Source of the DNA: a virus
Lineage: Duplodnaviria; Caudoviricetes
Virus record (IMG/VR): IMGVR_UViG_3300024269_004845
Reading direction: 5' to 3' (one strand)
DNA: 64,000 nt
This document shows positions 36,586 through 46,630 of the stretch, in pieces. The notes beneath the pieces are model-generated. The model did not search any database and was not told where the DNA came from. It worked only from the letters and a program-made list of their open reading frames with translations. Position numbers and translations under genes: made by a program. Within the stretch, counting starts at the first letter, position 1. Every line of letters starts with the position of its first letter.

Positions 36586-38127
36586 TTAATAATCGAAGTT
36601 ATTTCTCTCAACTGAAATATTGATTTCATTACCATCCCAGATGTAAATATCAAAAGTGATTTCGTCATATTCTGCGTATGCAGACATGGACCAATATTCT
36701 TCTTTGTATTGTTGTAATAGGTTTTGAATCCAATTATCAAGTTCAGAAGATGGGACAATTAAACCAGTTGTTTCTTCAATTCTCTCAGTAACTGCATTTA
36801 ATGTTTCATGGTCATAATCTTTTCCAAAATAATAATTAAGTTCTAAATCTACATAGTTATCAGACAAGTAAAGGCTGATTTCTTCGTCAAACTTTTCAAA
36901 GTCTCCTTCATAACTAGCAGAATAACTATTCCATTCTTTATCAGAAGAAGAATTTGTATTGTACTTCATATTGGGAGAAATTTTAGCAAGAGTGTCATCT
37001 ATTTGGGACTTTATAGTATTGTATTTTTCAGCTACTGCATCTCCTTCAAAGTCTGCAGATTCTACTACAAAGTCAAATGCATACTCGGGCACACTAGTAA
37101 AATCATAGTCTATTTCTACGTTTTCAAAATCTTCCCAAGAATATTCATCTTCATCGGTATTGGTGTCTTCGGTAATCCATTCAAAATTAACATCTTCCGA
37201 GTCTTCCACATCTTCTGTATCCCAATCCATTGATTCGTCCATTCCAAAGTCTAGAGAAAGACTTCCTTCTTCATCGGTACTCAAAACTTTTTCATCTGCT
37301 GGGAACTCAATAGTAATATCTTGAGGTATTAGCTCAACAGATACATCACATTGAATCATATTTTCAAAATTTAGAAAAATTTTAGAAATATATTTATTAT
37401 TAGTAGCGTCTTTTAAAAGAACTAGGTCTGCGGTAGAATTATCTACTGTATCGACCTTTAATTTTTCTTTCATTTCGTCGGTTAAACTATCTTGGATATA
37501 TTTATTACCCAACTTAGCTAAATAAGAGCCATCTTCATTCTTGGAAGTATTTTCGACAGTAATGTAGTCTTTAGCAGCGGGCATTTCAGTTTCTTCTTTT
37601 TCTGATTCGGCTTCAGGCTCAGTAGTAGTCTTTATATATTCATATTCTTCACCGAAGAACATTTTAATCAAAGCCACTTCATCACCGATGATTTCTGCTA
37701 AAATATCGAATAATCCATCAATTTCAAGATAAACAGTCTCATCATCGACAATTGCATTCATCTTTTCCTCAAAAAGTTCAAGAGTCATATCAACCTGTTT
37801 TTCCTCGTTATATTTAGCACTTACTAGAATATCAAATTTTAGATTGCCATTTTCATCAACTAAATTTTCGAGAGCTTCGCTAGGTTCCATTTCAAATATG
37901 GTTTCTTCCGATTCTTCTTTCTCTGATAGTTTTTCCAAAGCATCCTTATGAATTGTGATAGACGCGTCTAAATCAACGGCTCCTTCTTTTACTTCGCTCA
38001 TTTCGGTTAAAATAGCCTTCAGTTCGTCTGCTGGAACGGGTTCTGGCTCTTTCTTTCCGCAACCAACTAATGTGCTAAAACACATAGCGGTTACTAAAAG
38101 CAAAGATATTATTTTTTTGTTTTTCAT
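36586..38127 (-). CDS. acidic lipoprotein
   Basis: LVGC lipobox. Confidence 0.75.
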   Translation of the reverse strand: MKNKKIISLLLVTAMCFSTLVGCGKKEPEPVPADELKAILTEMSEVKEGAVDLDASITIHKDALEKLSEKEESEETIFEMEPSEALENLVDENGNLKFDILVSAKYNEEKQVDMTLELFEEKMNAIVDDETVYLEIDGLFDILAEIIGDEVALIKMFFGEEYEYIKTTTEPEAESEKEETEMPAAKDYITVENTSKNEDGSYLAKLGNKYIQDSLTDEMKEKLKVDTVDNSTADLVLLKDATNNKYISKIFLNFENMIQCDVSVELIPQDITIEFPADEKVLSTDEEGSLSLDFGMDESMDWDTEDVEDSEDVNFEWITEDTNTDEDEYSWEDFENVEIDYDFTSVPEYAFDFVVESADFEGDAVAEKYNTIKSQIDDTLAKISPNMKYNTNSSSDKEWNSYSASYEGDFEKFDEEISLYLSDNYVDLELNYYFGKDYDHETLNAVTERIEETTGLIVPSSELDNWIQNLLQQYKEEYWSMSAYAEYDEITFDIYIWDGNEINISVERNNFDY

Positions 38128-38215
38128 TTGAATTAACCTCCTTAAATTTTAACAAAGTAGAGTCATTTAATAATTATATATGTGAATTTTTAACATGATA
38201 ACTTTTTAATATTTG

Positions 38216-38680
38216 TTATACAAGAACAGAATATATACTTTCTGGGACATATCTTTTAACATCTTTGTTGTATTTTAATAATTCCCTTATTAAAGAGGAC
38301 GAAATTGTTTCATTTTCTGCCCTAAAATAAATCGTTTTAAGCTTTGGATTAATTTCATTATTAATCTTGGCAATGTTTTCTTCGTACATATAATCACTTG
38401 TATTTCGTAATCCACGAATTAAATAGTTTATATTCAAATCCGTGCAAAAATCAGCAATCATTTTGTCACAAACAACTACTTCGCAATTTATTAGGTTTTC
38501 TGAAGCAATGGTTTCTTTAATTGCTGAGACCATTTTTTCAATTGGGATAAATCGTGTTTTTGCAGAATTATTTGCAACACAAAGATACACTTTGTCGAAT
38601 ACTTCACAAGCTTCTTTAACAATGCTGAGATGCCCATTTGTAAAAGGGTCAAAACTTCCAGCATACAAAGCAGTTTTCAT
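38216..38680 (-). CDS. coaD: phosphopantetheine adenylyltransferase
   Basis: YAGSFDPFTNGH, IRGLRN..DY.YE, ISSS. Confidence 0.88.
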   Translation of the reverse strand: MKTALYAGSFDPFTNGHLSIVKEACEVFDKVYLCVANNSAKTRFIPIEKMVSAIKETIASENLINCEVVVCDKMIADFCTDLNINYLIRGLRNTSDYMYEENIAKINNEINPKLKTIYFRAENETISSSLIRELLKYNKDVKRYVPESIYSVLV

Positions 38681-38734
38681 AAGAAATCCTCCTTAAAAGT
38701 AATTACCCCCAACTGGAAAAGTTGGGGGTATATG

Positions 38735-39436
38735 TTATCTGAACTTCTTTTCCAGTTCGTCTTTATTCTCATTGTATCGGACAAATAATTGATAATCGTT
38801 CCAATCTTTGTCCAAGATGTCTTTTATTGGTTCGGTACGGGCTCTAAAATGGGCACATTGGTAACATTCATCTGAAATATTATATTTTGAATCTTTTTGT
38901 CCATATTCGCCATGCGCGCCAAATGGGCACCAACAGCCCTTGCTGCCATCATGATAAAGTTTATTTACTGGATGGGCACACTGGGGGAATCTTTCTCTAT
39001 ATGCGGCAATTTCTTCATGTGCATATAATCCATAGTCTTTGGCTTTTTCATATGGAAGCATTTCTTGCTGATAATCAAGCCAGTCCTGTGGGTCCATAAT
39101 TCTGGCATCAAATCCAGTGTCGAATTCATTATAAACAAATTGTTTAGAAACTAGTGGAAGAGATTCAAAGTAGGCGAAAATCCTATCTTCATGGTCATAA
39201 TGTTCGTAACCAATATGCCCCTGTTCGTCATCCTCTTCGATAACTTCAACTTCTAAAATGCCATTTGTTTCTTTTAAGCATTTGTCGCACAGATGGATTT
39301 CGGTAGCAAAACCATCAAATCCGCTTCCATATCCAAGTTCCCCGAAGTGTAAAACATTTACTTTTTCAAACTTTTTTAAACACTTCCAGCAGAGACCAGG
39401 TTCATCTTTTATTGCTAAAATTCGTTCTTTAGACAT
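38735..39436 (-). CDS. Cys-rich hypothetical protein
   Basis: CWKC, GYGSGFDG, CDKC, CWCPFG, CYQC. Confidence 0.7.
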   Translation of the reverse strand: MSKERILAIKDEPGLCWKCLKKFEKVNVLHFGELGYGSGFDGFATEIHLCDKCLKETNGILEVEVIEEDDEQGHIGYEHYDHEDRIFAYFESLPLVSKQFVYNEFDTGFDARIMDPQDWLDYQQEMLPYEKAKDYGLYAHEEIAAYRERFPQCAHPVNKLYHDGSKGCWCPFGAHGEYGQKDSKYNISDECYQCAHFRARTEPIKDILDKDWNDYQLFVRYNENKDELEKKFR

Positions 39437-40445
39437 TTTTTAATTCCTCCTCAAAGTGATTTAGTAAATCATTTATGTTTTTAGAAATTTTATATGGATT
39501 ATTTGCAAAAATAATTTCATTGACTGGCATAAATCCAGTAGCACCCATTAAATAAAAATAATATAAAGAGGTAATATCAGAAATGTCTGGTTTGTTTTTA
39601 TTTTTGTAATTATCAAATATATATGTAGCAACTATACAATCTATATTTTTATTTTTACAACAACTTATTATCTTATTTTGTATATGTGGTATATTTTTTG
39701 TTGGAAATTCTACACACATATCTCCTCTCCCAATCATTATTCCATCACAAACATTTATTATTTCTTCGATATTTGCAACGCCTTCTTGACTTTCTATTTT
39801 GGCCCATATTTGTGGCATATAAGATGATTTAGATTTAATGTAATTTTTTAATTCATTTATTTGTGCAGCTGAACTAGTAAATGAATAAACTATAATATCT
39901 GCTTTATTTTCTAATCCCCATAATACATCTTTTTTGTCTTTTGTGGACATTTGCAATTTTGTTCTATCAAAGCCGATGGCATTAATTCCTTTTTCTTTTC
40001 TAAAAACAATATTTTCGTTAGACATACATAAAAATATTGTTTTTCTACACTCTGTTATCTTCTTTAAAACAGAAATAATCGCAGTACTATTTTTATTTTC
40101 TACTACAAATTTAGTTGTTTCATGAAGTAGTTCATAATTTTCAAAAGAAATAGGGATTTGCGGACAGTCTAACTCGCTTTCAAAGCCTTCTGGAACAAAT
40201 AGAAAGTGAGAGTTTTTGTTTATACATATAACGTCATTAATGTGTCCTACCCTTACTTTATGGCCTTGTAAATCTTGGACTATCTTAAAATCGGGATAAT
40301 TTGCCCGTAGAAAATTAGCATGCTGGTTAGCAACTTCAATATCGACATGCGAAAAATTAAACCTTACAGCATTAAAGCCAGTATTCAATACTTTTTCAAA
40401 TTCTTCTAAATTAGGAGTTTTTAAAAGTGGGCAAATTCTAATCAT
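39429..40445 (-). CDS. pyk: pyruvate kinase-like protein (A/B domains only)
   Basis: RFNFSH, DLQGHKVR, AKIES, GIMIGRGDM, IVAT; no C-terminal regulatory domain. Confidence 0.8.
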   Translation of the reverse strand: MIRICPLLKTPNLEEFEKVLNTGFNAVRFNFSHVDIEVANQHANFLRANYPDFKIVQDLQGHKVRVGHINDVICINKNSHFLFVPEGFESELDCPQIPISFENYELLHETTKFVVENKNSTAIISVLKKITECRKTIFLCMSNENIVFRKEKGINAIGFDRTKLQMSTKDKKDVLWGLENKADIIVYSFTSSAAQINELKNYIKSKSSYMPQIWAKIESQEGVANIEEIINVCDGIMIGRGDMCVEFPTKNIPHIQNKIISCCKNKNIDCIVATYIFDNYKNKNKPDISDITSLYYFYLMGATGFMPVNEIIFANNPYKISKNINDLLNHFEEELKNV

Positions 40446-41257
40446 TAAATTTCGTTCCCTTCTATTAATCGTTCAATAAGTTCGTCCTTGTTGTTGTTAA
40501 TGAAGTTATTTTTATTAATTTGTTCAATAAGTTCATTCCAAGATGAATCTTTGATAATTTTAAACCTTGTTGCTAATTCTGGTTTTTCTGTTCCTATTGT
40601 GAGAGCCTTATATTTACCAGTTTCATCCTTAAATAGCAATGCTGGAAATTCATCTCCATTTGTTTCTACAATTTTAGGAAGAACGGTTTCTTTTCCTAAT
40701 GCTGTAGATAATAAAATTAACTGTTCAATAATTGCAGACAAAATATTTTTTCTTTTTTCTACTTCGTTTATTAATTTAATTTTTGTTTCAGGAGAATCAT
40801 CTGGCGAAAAAAGAGTATTTAAAAAATTTTGGGGGCTGTCTTCCGTTTCATTAAGTAAAATTTTACCGTTTTGTATGGTAATTTTATTGTCATCTAATTC
40901 CACTTCTCCAGAAAATAAAACGGGGCGGATATCAGGATTTGAATATGCTATGTATTTTAGCATTTCCTGGTTTTTAGATGTATCAGTAGTTTCTTCAATT
41001 ACATAATTGACTTCTCTTTTGATATCTAGTGATTTTTTAATTTTTGCCGTAAGTTCTTTAGCTTCTTTAGGGGTACAGTAATCCGCTACAAAGAGTATGT
41101 CACCCTCGTCGGATTCAAGATAAATAGTACAGACTGTAAGGATTTTATTCTTTTTAAGAATTTCTATACCACCAATATTAACTAATGTGTGCAAACCGAA
41201 TTCTCTATATAAGTTCATGTTTTCTAGGAACTCTTGGCCTTGTTCTGTTAAAAGCAT
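40445..41257 (-). CDS. hypothetical protein
   Basis: ATG 41257 after SD and promoter. Confidence 0.65.
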   Translation of the reverse strand: MLLTEQGQEFLENMNLYREFGLHTLVNIGGIEILKKNKILTVCTIYLESDEGDILFVADYCTPKEAKELTAKIKKSLDIKREVNYVIEETTDTSKNQEMLKYIAYSNPDIRPVLFSGEVELDDNKITIQNGKILLNETEDSPQNFLNTLFSPDDSPETKIKLINEVEKRKNILSAIIEQLILLSTALGKETVLPKIVETNGDEFPALLFKDETGKYKALTIGTEKPELATRFKIIKDSSWNELIEQINKNNFINNNKDELIERLIEGNEI

Positions 41258-41371
41258 TTTACACACTTCCTTTTCTTTTATAGTATAATATATTATAACA
41301 TATTTGTTGTAGAAAATCAAGATATAATACTACTACAAAAAAGAAAAAAGGCACATGTGTGCCTTTTTTCT

Positions 41372-42049
41372 TTAATCGTCTTCTCTGAATGCGGCGGTTG
41401 TCGGGTTAATCAACAGATAATAGCTGCCATTTCCACAGCCAGAATATTCTGAAGAAAACCATGCACGAAATACGCCGTCTTCGCCCATTTTTGTTTCGAG
41501 AGAAAGGTCCCTTTTTTCACCATACTGCTTATAGTGATATTCCTTTTTCTCTTCGATAGCCTTCTTAAGCTCTCGCATAACGGATTCTGGGAATTTTCCA
41601 GAGATATTAGTCGTCGAAAAGTTGTTGTAGTATTTACTTTTCATAAGAGTATGGTCTGTGGAAAGTTCCTTGCGGATATTTTCCCAAAGATTCTTATGAA
41701 ATCTGCCAACAAATTGTCGAACTTTCTTTTCTGCATTCACATCGGATTCTGCAAAGATAGTGATGCTTTCCATGTTTTCGTACATTTCGTCTGTGATATA
41801 GTATCCATGACGAGGCTGTAGTCTGCAACTGTAACAATATCTTCCACTGACGGGCAAGAAGAAGGAAAGCGCAATTTCAGTTTCTCTTTCAGTTTTTGTC
41901 TTGTTGTGAATGATTTTTACGGGGTTCTTAAATTTCATCAAGAATTTTTGAGTCGGATAATCTCCGTTCCGATATTCGGTATATACCTCCTCATAAATCT
42001 TTTTGAATTCATCTGCCGTATGTTTTGTAAATGTCCATGTTTTAGCCAT
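41372..42049 (-). CDS. hypothetical phage-type protein
   Basis: GGAGG SD; RAWFSSEYSGCGNGSYYLLINP. Confidence 0.7.
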   Translation of the reverse strand: MAKTWTFTKHTADEFKKIYEEVYTEYRNGDYPTQKFLMKFKNPVKIIHNKTKTERETEIALSFFLPVSGRYCYSCRLQPRHGYYITDEMYENMESITIFAESDVNAEKKVRQFVGRFHKNLWENIRKELSTDHTLMKSKYYNNFSTTNISGKFPESVMRELKKAIEEKKEYHYKQYGEKRDLSLETKMGEDGVFRAWFSSEYSGCGNGSYYLLINPTTAAFREDD

Positions 42050-42108
42050 TGTTTTCCCTCCCATGTTTATCGAACATATTATATTATATAAATATTTATT
42101 TGTCAACA

Positions 42109-42909
42109 TTACAGGTTATTTCTTTTTGTATAAAACATATACTGTTGCAGGATTCCTGCATACTTGAGTGGAAGGTTGATTTTTCGATTTTTATCTTCAT
42201 AATGTTCTTTTAAAATTCTTTTCATCCATACATCTATTGGGAAAGATTCTAGATGGTTTAATCCATATAAACAAATACAATTAGCAACCTTATCTCCTAT
42301 TCCTTGGCATTCTTTTAGAATTTTAAAGTGTTCTTCATAGTCAGTTGTAGATTTCAACCTAGCGCTAATTTGAGGCCAAGATTGTATAAAGTCAAACAAA
42401 TATTCTGCTCTATATCCAAAGCCTAATTCTTTAAAATTGTCAATTGTACATTTTTTTAAATCTTCATAAGAAGGGAATAGTTTATATTCTTTTTCTTCGA
42501 AAACATCTGTAACGGAAGAATATTTATCAGATAATGCAAAAATCATTTTTTGGATACGGGGAATATTATTTTGTTGGGATAAGATATATGAACAACAAGT
42601 TTCGAATAGCGGTTGGTTTAAAATTCTTATTCCTGTTGCGAACTTAATACATTCTAAAGCAAAGAAATCATTATGTTTATTACAATGAGAAACCAATATT
42701 TTATTTATATTTTTATAGTTTTTATTTATGGTTAAATAATTTTTCCAATATTCTGGTTCAGTCGTTTGTATTGTTAGATTATTTTTATTTTGTTCTACAT
42801 AGCAAATAGATGATTCACCAAAAATAATATATCCTTTATTATGTTTTACATAATGAAAACACTGTCCGCAGGTCAAAGTTTTTTCTAAATCAAAAACTTC
42901 TACAAACAT
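42109..42909 (-). CDS. 8-oxoguanine DNA glycosylase (Ogg1-type HhH-GPD)
   Basis: TLTCGQCF, GIRILNQ, SQQNNIPRI, GFGYRA, GIGDKVANC, FPIDVW. Confidence 0.92.
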   Translation of the reverse strand: MFVEVFDLEKTLTCGQCFHYVKHNKGYIIFGESSICYVEQNKNNLTIQTTEPEYWKNYLTINKNYKNINKILVSHCNKHNDFFALECIKFATGIRILNQPLFETCCSYILSQQNNIPRIQKMIFALSDKYSSVTDVFEEKEYKLFPSYEDLKKCTIDNFKELGFGYRAEYLFDFIQSWPQISARLKSTTDYEEHFKILKECQGIGDKVANCICLYGLNHLESFPIDVWMKRILKEHYEDKNRKINLPLKYAGILQQYMFYTKRNNL

Positions 42910-42967
42910 TGATAAAACTCCTTTCTTTAAGAAAAGCGGAAAGAATAAACTTTCTTTCCGCTTTGAA

Positions 42968-43744
42968 TTATGGTAGCATTTCCCAAATATTTTCTATATT
43001 ATCGCCCAACAGCAGATATCCTTCTGACAGGTTTGTAGAAAACGTTGTTGCTGCTTCGATAGCTGTATTTTCATCTGCGTTACTACCAAACCAGTCAATT
43101 TGGGATAAACGGTTGTCTATATCAAAAGTGAATACGAATTCATAATACCCATCAATGAATTCTAAAAATTCAGTTGGGCCAAAAGATGAGTAATATTTTT
43201 CTTTTACAAAGGCCGTATCATACGTCTTTAAAACATATGATATAGTATTATCTTCTCCTAAATTTTTAGAATATTCGAATTTTTCACTATTGTTTAACAA
43301 CCAATCAATAATTTTATAATAACTCTCATATATATTATCTGTGAAATTGGTGAGATTTGGGTCTGCGTCTATAACTTCATTAGAAGAGGTAAGTATATAG
43401 TTTCCATCTTTTGTATAGATGCAAATATAATCCATGTCTGTTTCATTATACAATTCTCGGCCCTTGTCTTTAATGATAATTGCATCTGTATAATCTTCTT
43501 GAGAAGTATAGTCTTGGGTAGAGACAGTAGTCACTCGTGACATATTAACCATAAATATATCACCAAGCATATATCGTTGTAGTTCGTTGTATGCCTGCTT
43601 TACAATCTTAATTGAATCATTATCTGTTTGAAGAATTTCTAATTGGTCTTCAGGGATAACTAGTTCGGGAGTTTTTTCTCCGCAACCTACTAAGACAGTA
43701 GATAATATTAAAATAGACAAAATTATAGAAATATATTTCTTCAT
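42968..43744 (-). CDS. lipoprotein
   Basis: LVGC lipobox. Confidence 0.75.
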   Translation of the reverse strand: MKKYISIILSILILSTVLVGCGEKTPELVIPEDQLEILQTDNDSIKIVKQAYNELQRYMLGDIFMVNMSRVTTVSTQDYTSQEDYTDAIIIKDKGRELYNETDMDYICIYTKDGNYILTSSNEVIDADPNLTNFTDNIYESYYKIIDWLLNNSEKFEYSKNLGEDNTISYVLKTYDTAFVKEKYYSSFGPTEFLEFIDGYYEFVFTFDIDNRLSQIDWFGSNADENTAIEAATTFSTNLSEGYLLLGDNIENIWEMLP

Positions 43745-43842
43745 CTTTGAACGCTCCTTGCTATTTTTATATTTTTTATTATATCATTTCTGAAAGAAAA
43801 AGACAAGTCTTTCTTGGGTTAAAAAAATTTTTTATAGCCTTA

Positions 43843-43927
43843 ACTTGAGACCTTCTCATTCAGCGGCAGAAATGTACGCTGTCTAAGTACTCAAAAATCC
43901 CCTGTCTTTAGACATGGGGAGTGTCAA
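43843..43927 (+). mobile_element. orphan IS200/IS605-type right end (TnpB omegaRNA-like remnant)
   Basis: TCAAAAATCCCCTGTC-ttta-GACATGGGGAGTGTCAA subterminal hairpin ending in TCAA; no tnpA/tnpB. Confidence 0.6.
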
Positions 43928-44025
43928 AAATTTTGTAAAACAAGTTTTGTTTGTCTTTTTTGTTGATTGATGTTATAATAAAAGATGGATGGTTGACAAA
44001 ATTAAAGACAAAGGAGTTCAATTTG

Positions 44026-44736
44026 ATGAGAAAAATGCAACAAATTGCAATGATTTTGTTACTTTCTATTGTAATTTCAATCATTGCACCTACACATTCT
44101 TTCGCTGCATCAAGTACAGTTTACGATGTTAATAATATGTTGTCACCAAGCAATATTACTGTGGAAGAATTAGAGTATGCCTTAAAAGGCAATCTAAAAC
44201 CTTTGGCCAATACATACATTCAGGCCGAAGAAGAAACAGGAGTAAATGCAGTTTTTATTGCGGCTATTTCCGCCTTGGAAAGTGGCTGGGGTAAAAGCTA
44301 CATGGCTACTCATAAAAACAATTTATTTGGATATGGGAAAAAGACTTTCAGTTCCAAAGAGGAGTCTATTCTTCATGTTTCTAACGCGTTAAAAACAAAT
44401 TATTTATTACCTGATGGTAGATATTATAAGGGTACAACCGTCAGTGCCGTTGAAAAGTGCTATTGTCCATCTCCTGTTGGAGAATGGTCTGGCCTAGTGT
44501 CAAAAATTATGAGGCAGTTAGATTCCAGCATTCAAGAATATAGAATTGACCATCCACAAAAGTCGATTGAAGAGCTGGAAGAAATTAAAGTTCAACAAAA
44601 AGAATACAATACAGAAATGATAAAAGAAGAGATTCAATTAATCTTAAATCAAGAAGATTATTCAATCGCAGAATTTAATGATTTTCGTGATAGAATCATT
44701 AAATTGTCTAGAATGATTCAAAAAATTGTTGAATAA
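44026..44736 (+). CDS. secreted glucosaminidase (GH73-like cell wall hydrolase)
   Basis: signal peptide; AISALESGWGKS, NNLFGY, YC. Confidence 0.85.
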   Translation: MRKMQQIAMILLLSIVISIIAPTHSFAASSTVYDVNNMLSPSNITVEELEYALKGNLKPLANTYIQAEEETGVNAVFIAAISALESGWGKSYMATHKNNLFGYGKKTFSSKEESILHVSNALKTNYLLPDGRYYKGTTVSAVEKCYCPSPVGEWSGLVSKIMRQLDSSIQEYRIDHPQKSIEELEEIKVQQKEYNTEMIKEEIQLILNQEDYSIAEFNDFRDRIIKLSRMIQKIVE

Positions 44737-44774
44737 TAAAAGAACCTGTTGCCATTGGCAACAGGTTCTTTGTT

Positions 44775-45770
44775 TTACAGCAAACTCTTGAACTGGAGAC
44801 GTTCGTACATCTTTTTTTGGCGTTCAATGTTCGGAGCGTACTTAATGGCTTCCAATTCAGGGACTTCACAATCACATTTGATAGTTGCAAGCGTCTTGCT
44901 GGTAAGTCCCAGGTTATTGCCCTCTGCGTCTTCTTTGAGAGCCTTGAAAGGGATTCTAGAATAGCCTTTTGCTTTCATTTCCGCTTTCTTGGCGTCCATT
45001 TCTTCTGCGGATGCATTTTTAACAAAGTCTATGACTTTTTCAACGCTTCCAAACTCAGAAACAAGAACAACAGCAGATTTGTCACCTACTCCTGCGACAC
45101 CAGGGATGTTGTCGGACGAATCTCCGCTTAGTCCCTTGTAGTCAATCATCTGAATAGGTTCAAAGCCATAATACCTCTTGAAATAATCAGGAGTAAATGG
45201 AAAAGTTCCTTCCAGATGCCTAGGGATTTCAGTTTGCTTAATACCAAGGTCAACAACGATGTCATCAGCCTTGTGAGTGTTCAACCAAACCGTTACATTA
45301 TCAGAAATTAGCTGAAGCTGGTCCTGGTCTTTAGTAAGGATAACGATTTCATTATCTCCGTACTTCTTGGCCATGCTACCAATTAGGTCATCTGCTTCTA
45401 CACCTTCAACGCCAAAAGAGGCAATGCCGATGTAGTTGAGTAGTTTCTGCATATGTTCAAACTGTTGAGATAGTTCAGGTCTGGTGGGCTTTCGCTGAGC
45501 TTTATATTCAGGATACATTTCTCTGCGAAAAGTATTTCGGTTTAGGTCCCAAGCAATTGCCATATATTCAGGCTTGTAAAGATTATCAATTTTCTTAAGA
45601 ATCTTACAAAAACCGTAAATGGCATTTGTATATAGACCATCCTTAGTCTGAAGAATTCTTGGCAAAATTGCCTCATATTCCTCATCGGTTTTGGCTTTTA
45701 GGTATTCCTTGGGAATGTTTCCGAAGAAACAAGTAGAAAGAATACTGGAGCCATCAATCAATAGAATCAT
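44775..45770 (-). CDS. 5'-3' exonuclease / flap endonuclease (Pol I N-terminal type)
   Basis: LIDGSS, TFRREMYPEYKAQR, EADDLIG, DQDQLQL, GDSSDNIPGV. Confidence 0.92.
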   Translation of the reverse strand: MILLIDGSSILSTCFFGNIPKEYLKAKTDEEYEAILPRILQTKDGLYTNAIYGFCKILKKIDNLYKPEYMAIAWDLNRNTFRREMYPEYKAQRKPTRPELSQQFEHMQKLLNYIGIASFGVEGVEADDLIGSMAKKYGDNEIVILTKDQDQLQLISDNVTVWLNTHKADDIVVDLGIKQTEIPRHLEGTFPFTPDYFKRYYGFEPIQMIDYKGLSGDSSDNIPGVAGVGDKSAVVLVSEFGSVEKVIDFVKNASAEEMDAKKAEMKAKGYSRIPFKALKEDAEGNNLGLTSKTLATIKCDCEVPELEAIKYAPNIERQKKMYERLQFKSLL

Positions 45771-45784
45771 ATTTTTTCCTCCCC

Positions 45785-46201
45785 TTATAGCAAAACTACA
45801 TTGTTGTTCTCGAACATTTCGTTAAGAACTTCCATGTCTTTCATCTCGTCTTTGTGTTCGGTGAAAAATGTATTCATACAAACACCGTACGTGAGTTCAG
45901 GATTCATTCGACCTCTGATACGAAGAGCCGTAATTAAACCTCCGTCGATTTCTGTTTCGATTGGATATACGGCTATTTCGCCAGTGGTTCGGCTTACCTC
46001 TCGACAGAAGACGGTCATAAGCAATCCATTGATTGCTGTTTGAGCTTCTGCTTCGGTTTCATACAGTTCTCTCAGTTGTTTTACTTCGAGCTTTCCATCA
46101 ATTTCGCAGGCAATTTCTTTATCCCCTACAAATCTGATAATCACTTCTGTAGGTGTGGATTGGTTAGCAATCCACACCTTTTTTCCAATCTTAAGGTCCA
46201 T
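45785..46201 (-). CDS. hypothetical protein
   Basis: AAGGAG SD, in operon. Confidence 0.7.
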   Translation of the reverse strand: MDLKIGKKVWIANQSTPTEVIIRFVGDKEIACEIDGKLEVKQLRELYETEAEAQTAINGLLMTVFCREVSRTTGEIAVYPIETEIDGGLITALRIRGRMNPELTYGVCMNTFFTEHKDEMKDMEVLNEMFENNNVVLL

Positions 46202-46234
46202 ATTTTTCTCCTTCCCTTATTTACTTGTAATGGT

Positions 46235-46594
46235 TTAAAGAACCTTCATGTTTTTTTCGAATCGTTCCTTAAGAGTAATATAACGCTCAAGCACATCTCC
46301 TGTAGCAAGAAGTGCGCCACGCTCCCATTCTCTGATGTTATTAAACACCAATTTGGTTTCGAATTGCTTTTCTGTCAAATCTACTTTATTGCCGTTTACA
46401 ACGTTCCAATAATGGTAGACGCCAGTATCGGATACTCCGCTGTAAATTTGTCCGCCATAGTAGTCATTGACAATTAAGGCAGTAATTGCGCATTGCCCTC
46501 TTGCGGGATTTTCAGGGCTCCAGAACGGCGCATCTTTACGATACGCCGTATCTTTTCCCCAACTTTTTTTAATTGCTGCTATAAACCGTTCCAT
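46235..46594 (-). CDS. YunG-like protein
   Basis: SW..DT, NPARGQCAITALIV, HYWN, DLT..QF. Confidence 0.75.
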   Translation of the reverse strand: MERFIAAIKKSWGKDTAYRKDAPFWSPENPARGQCAITALIVNDYYGGQIYSGVSDTGVYHYWNVVNGNKVDLTEKQFETKLVFNNIREWERGALLATGDVLERYITLKERFEKNMKVL

Positions 46595-46630
46595 ATTTCC
46601 TCCTTGCAATTTCATGAAATTTTGTTGTAG

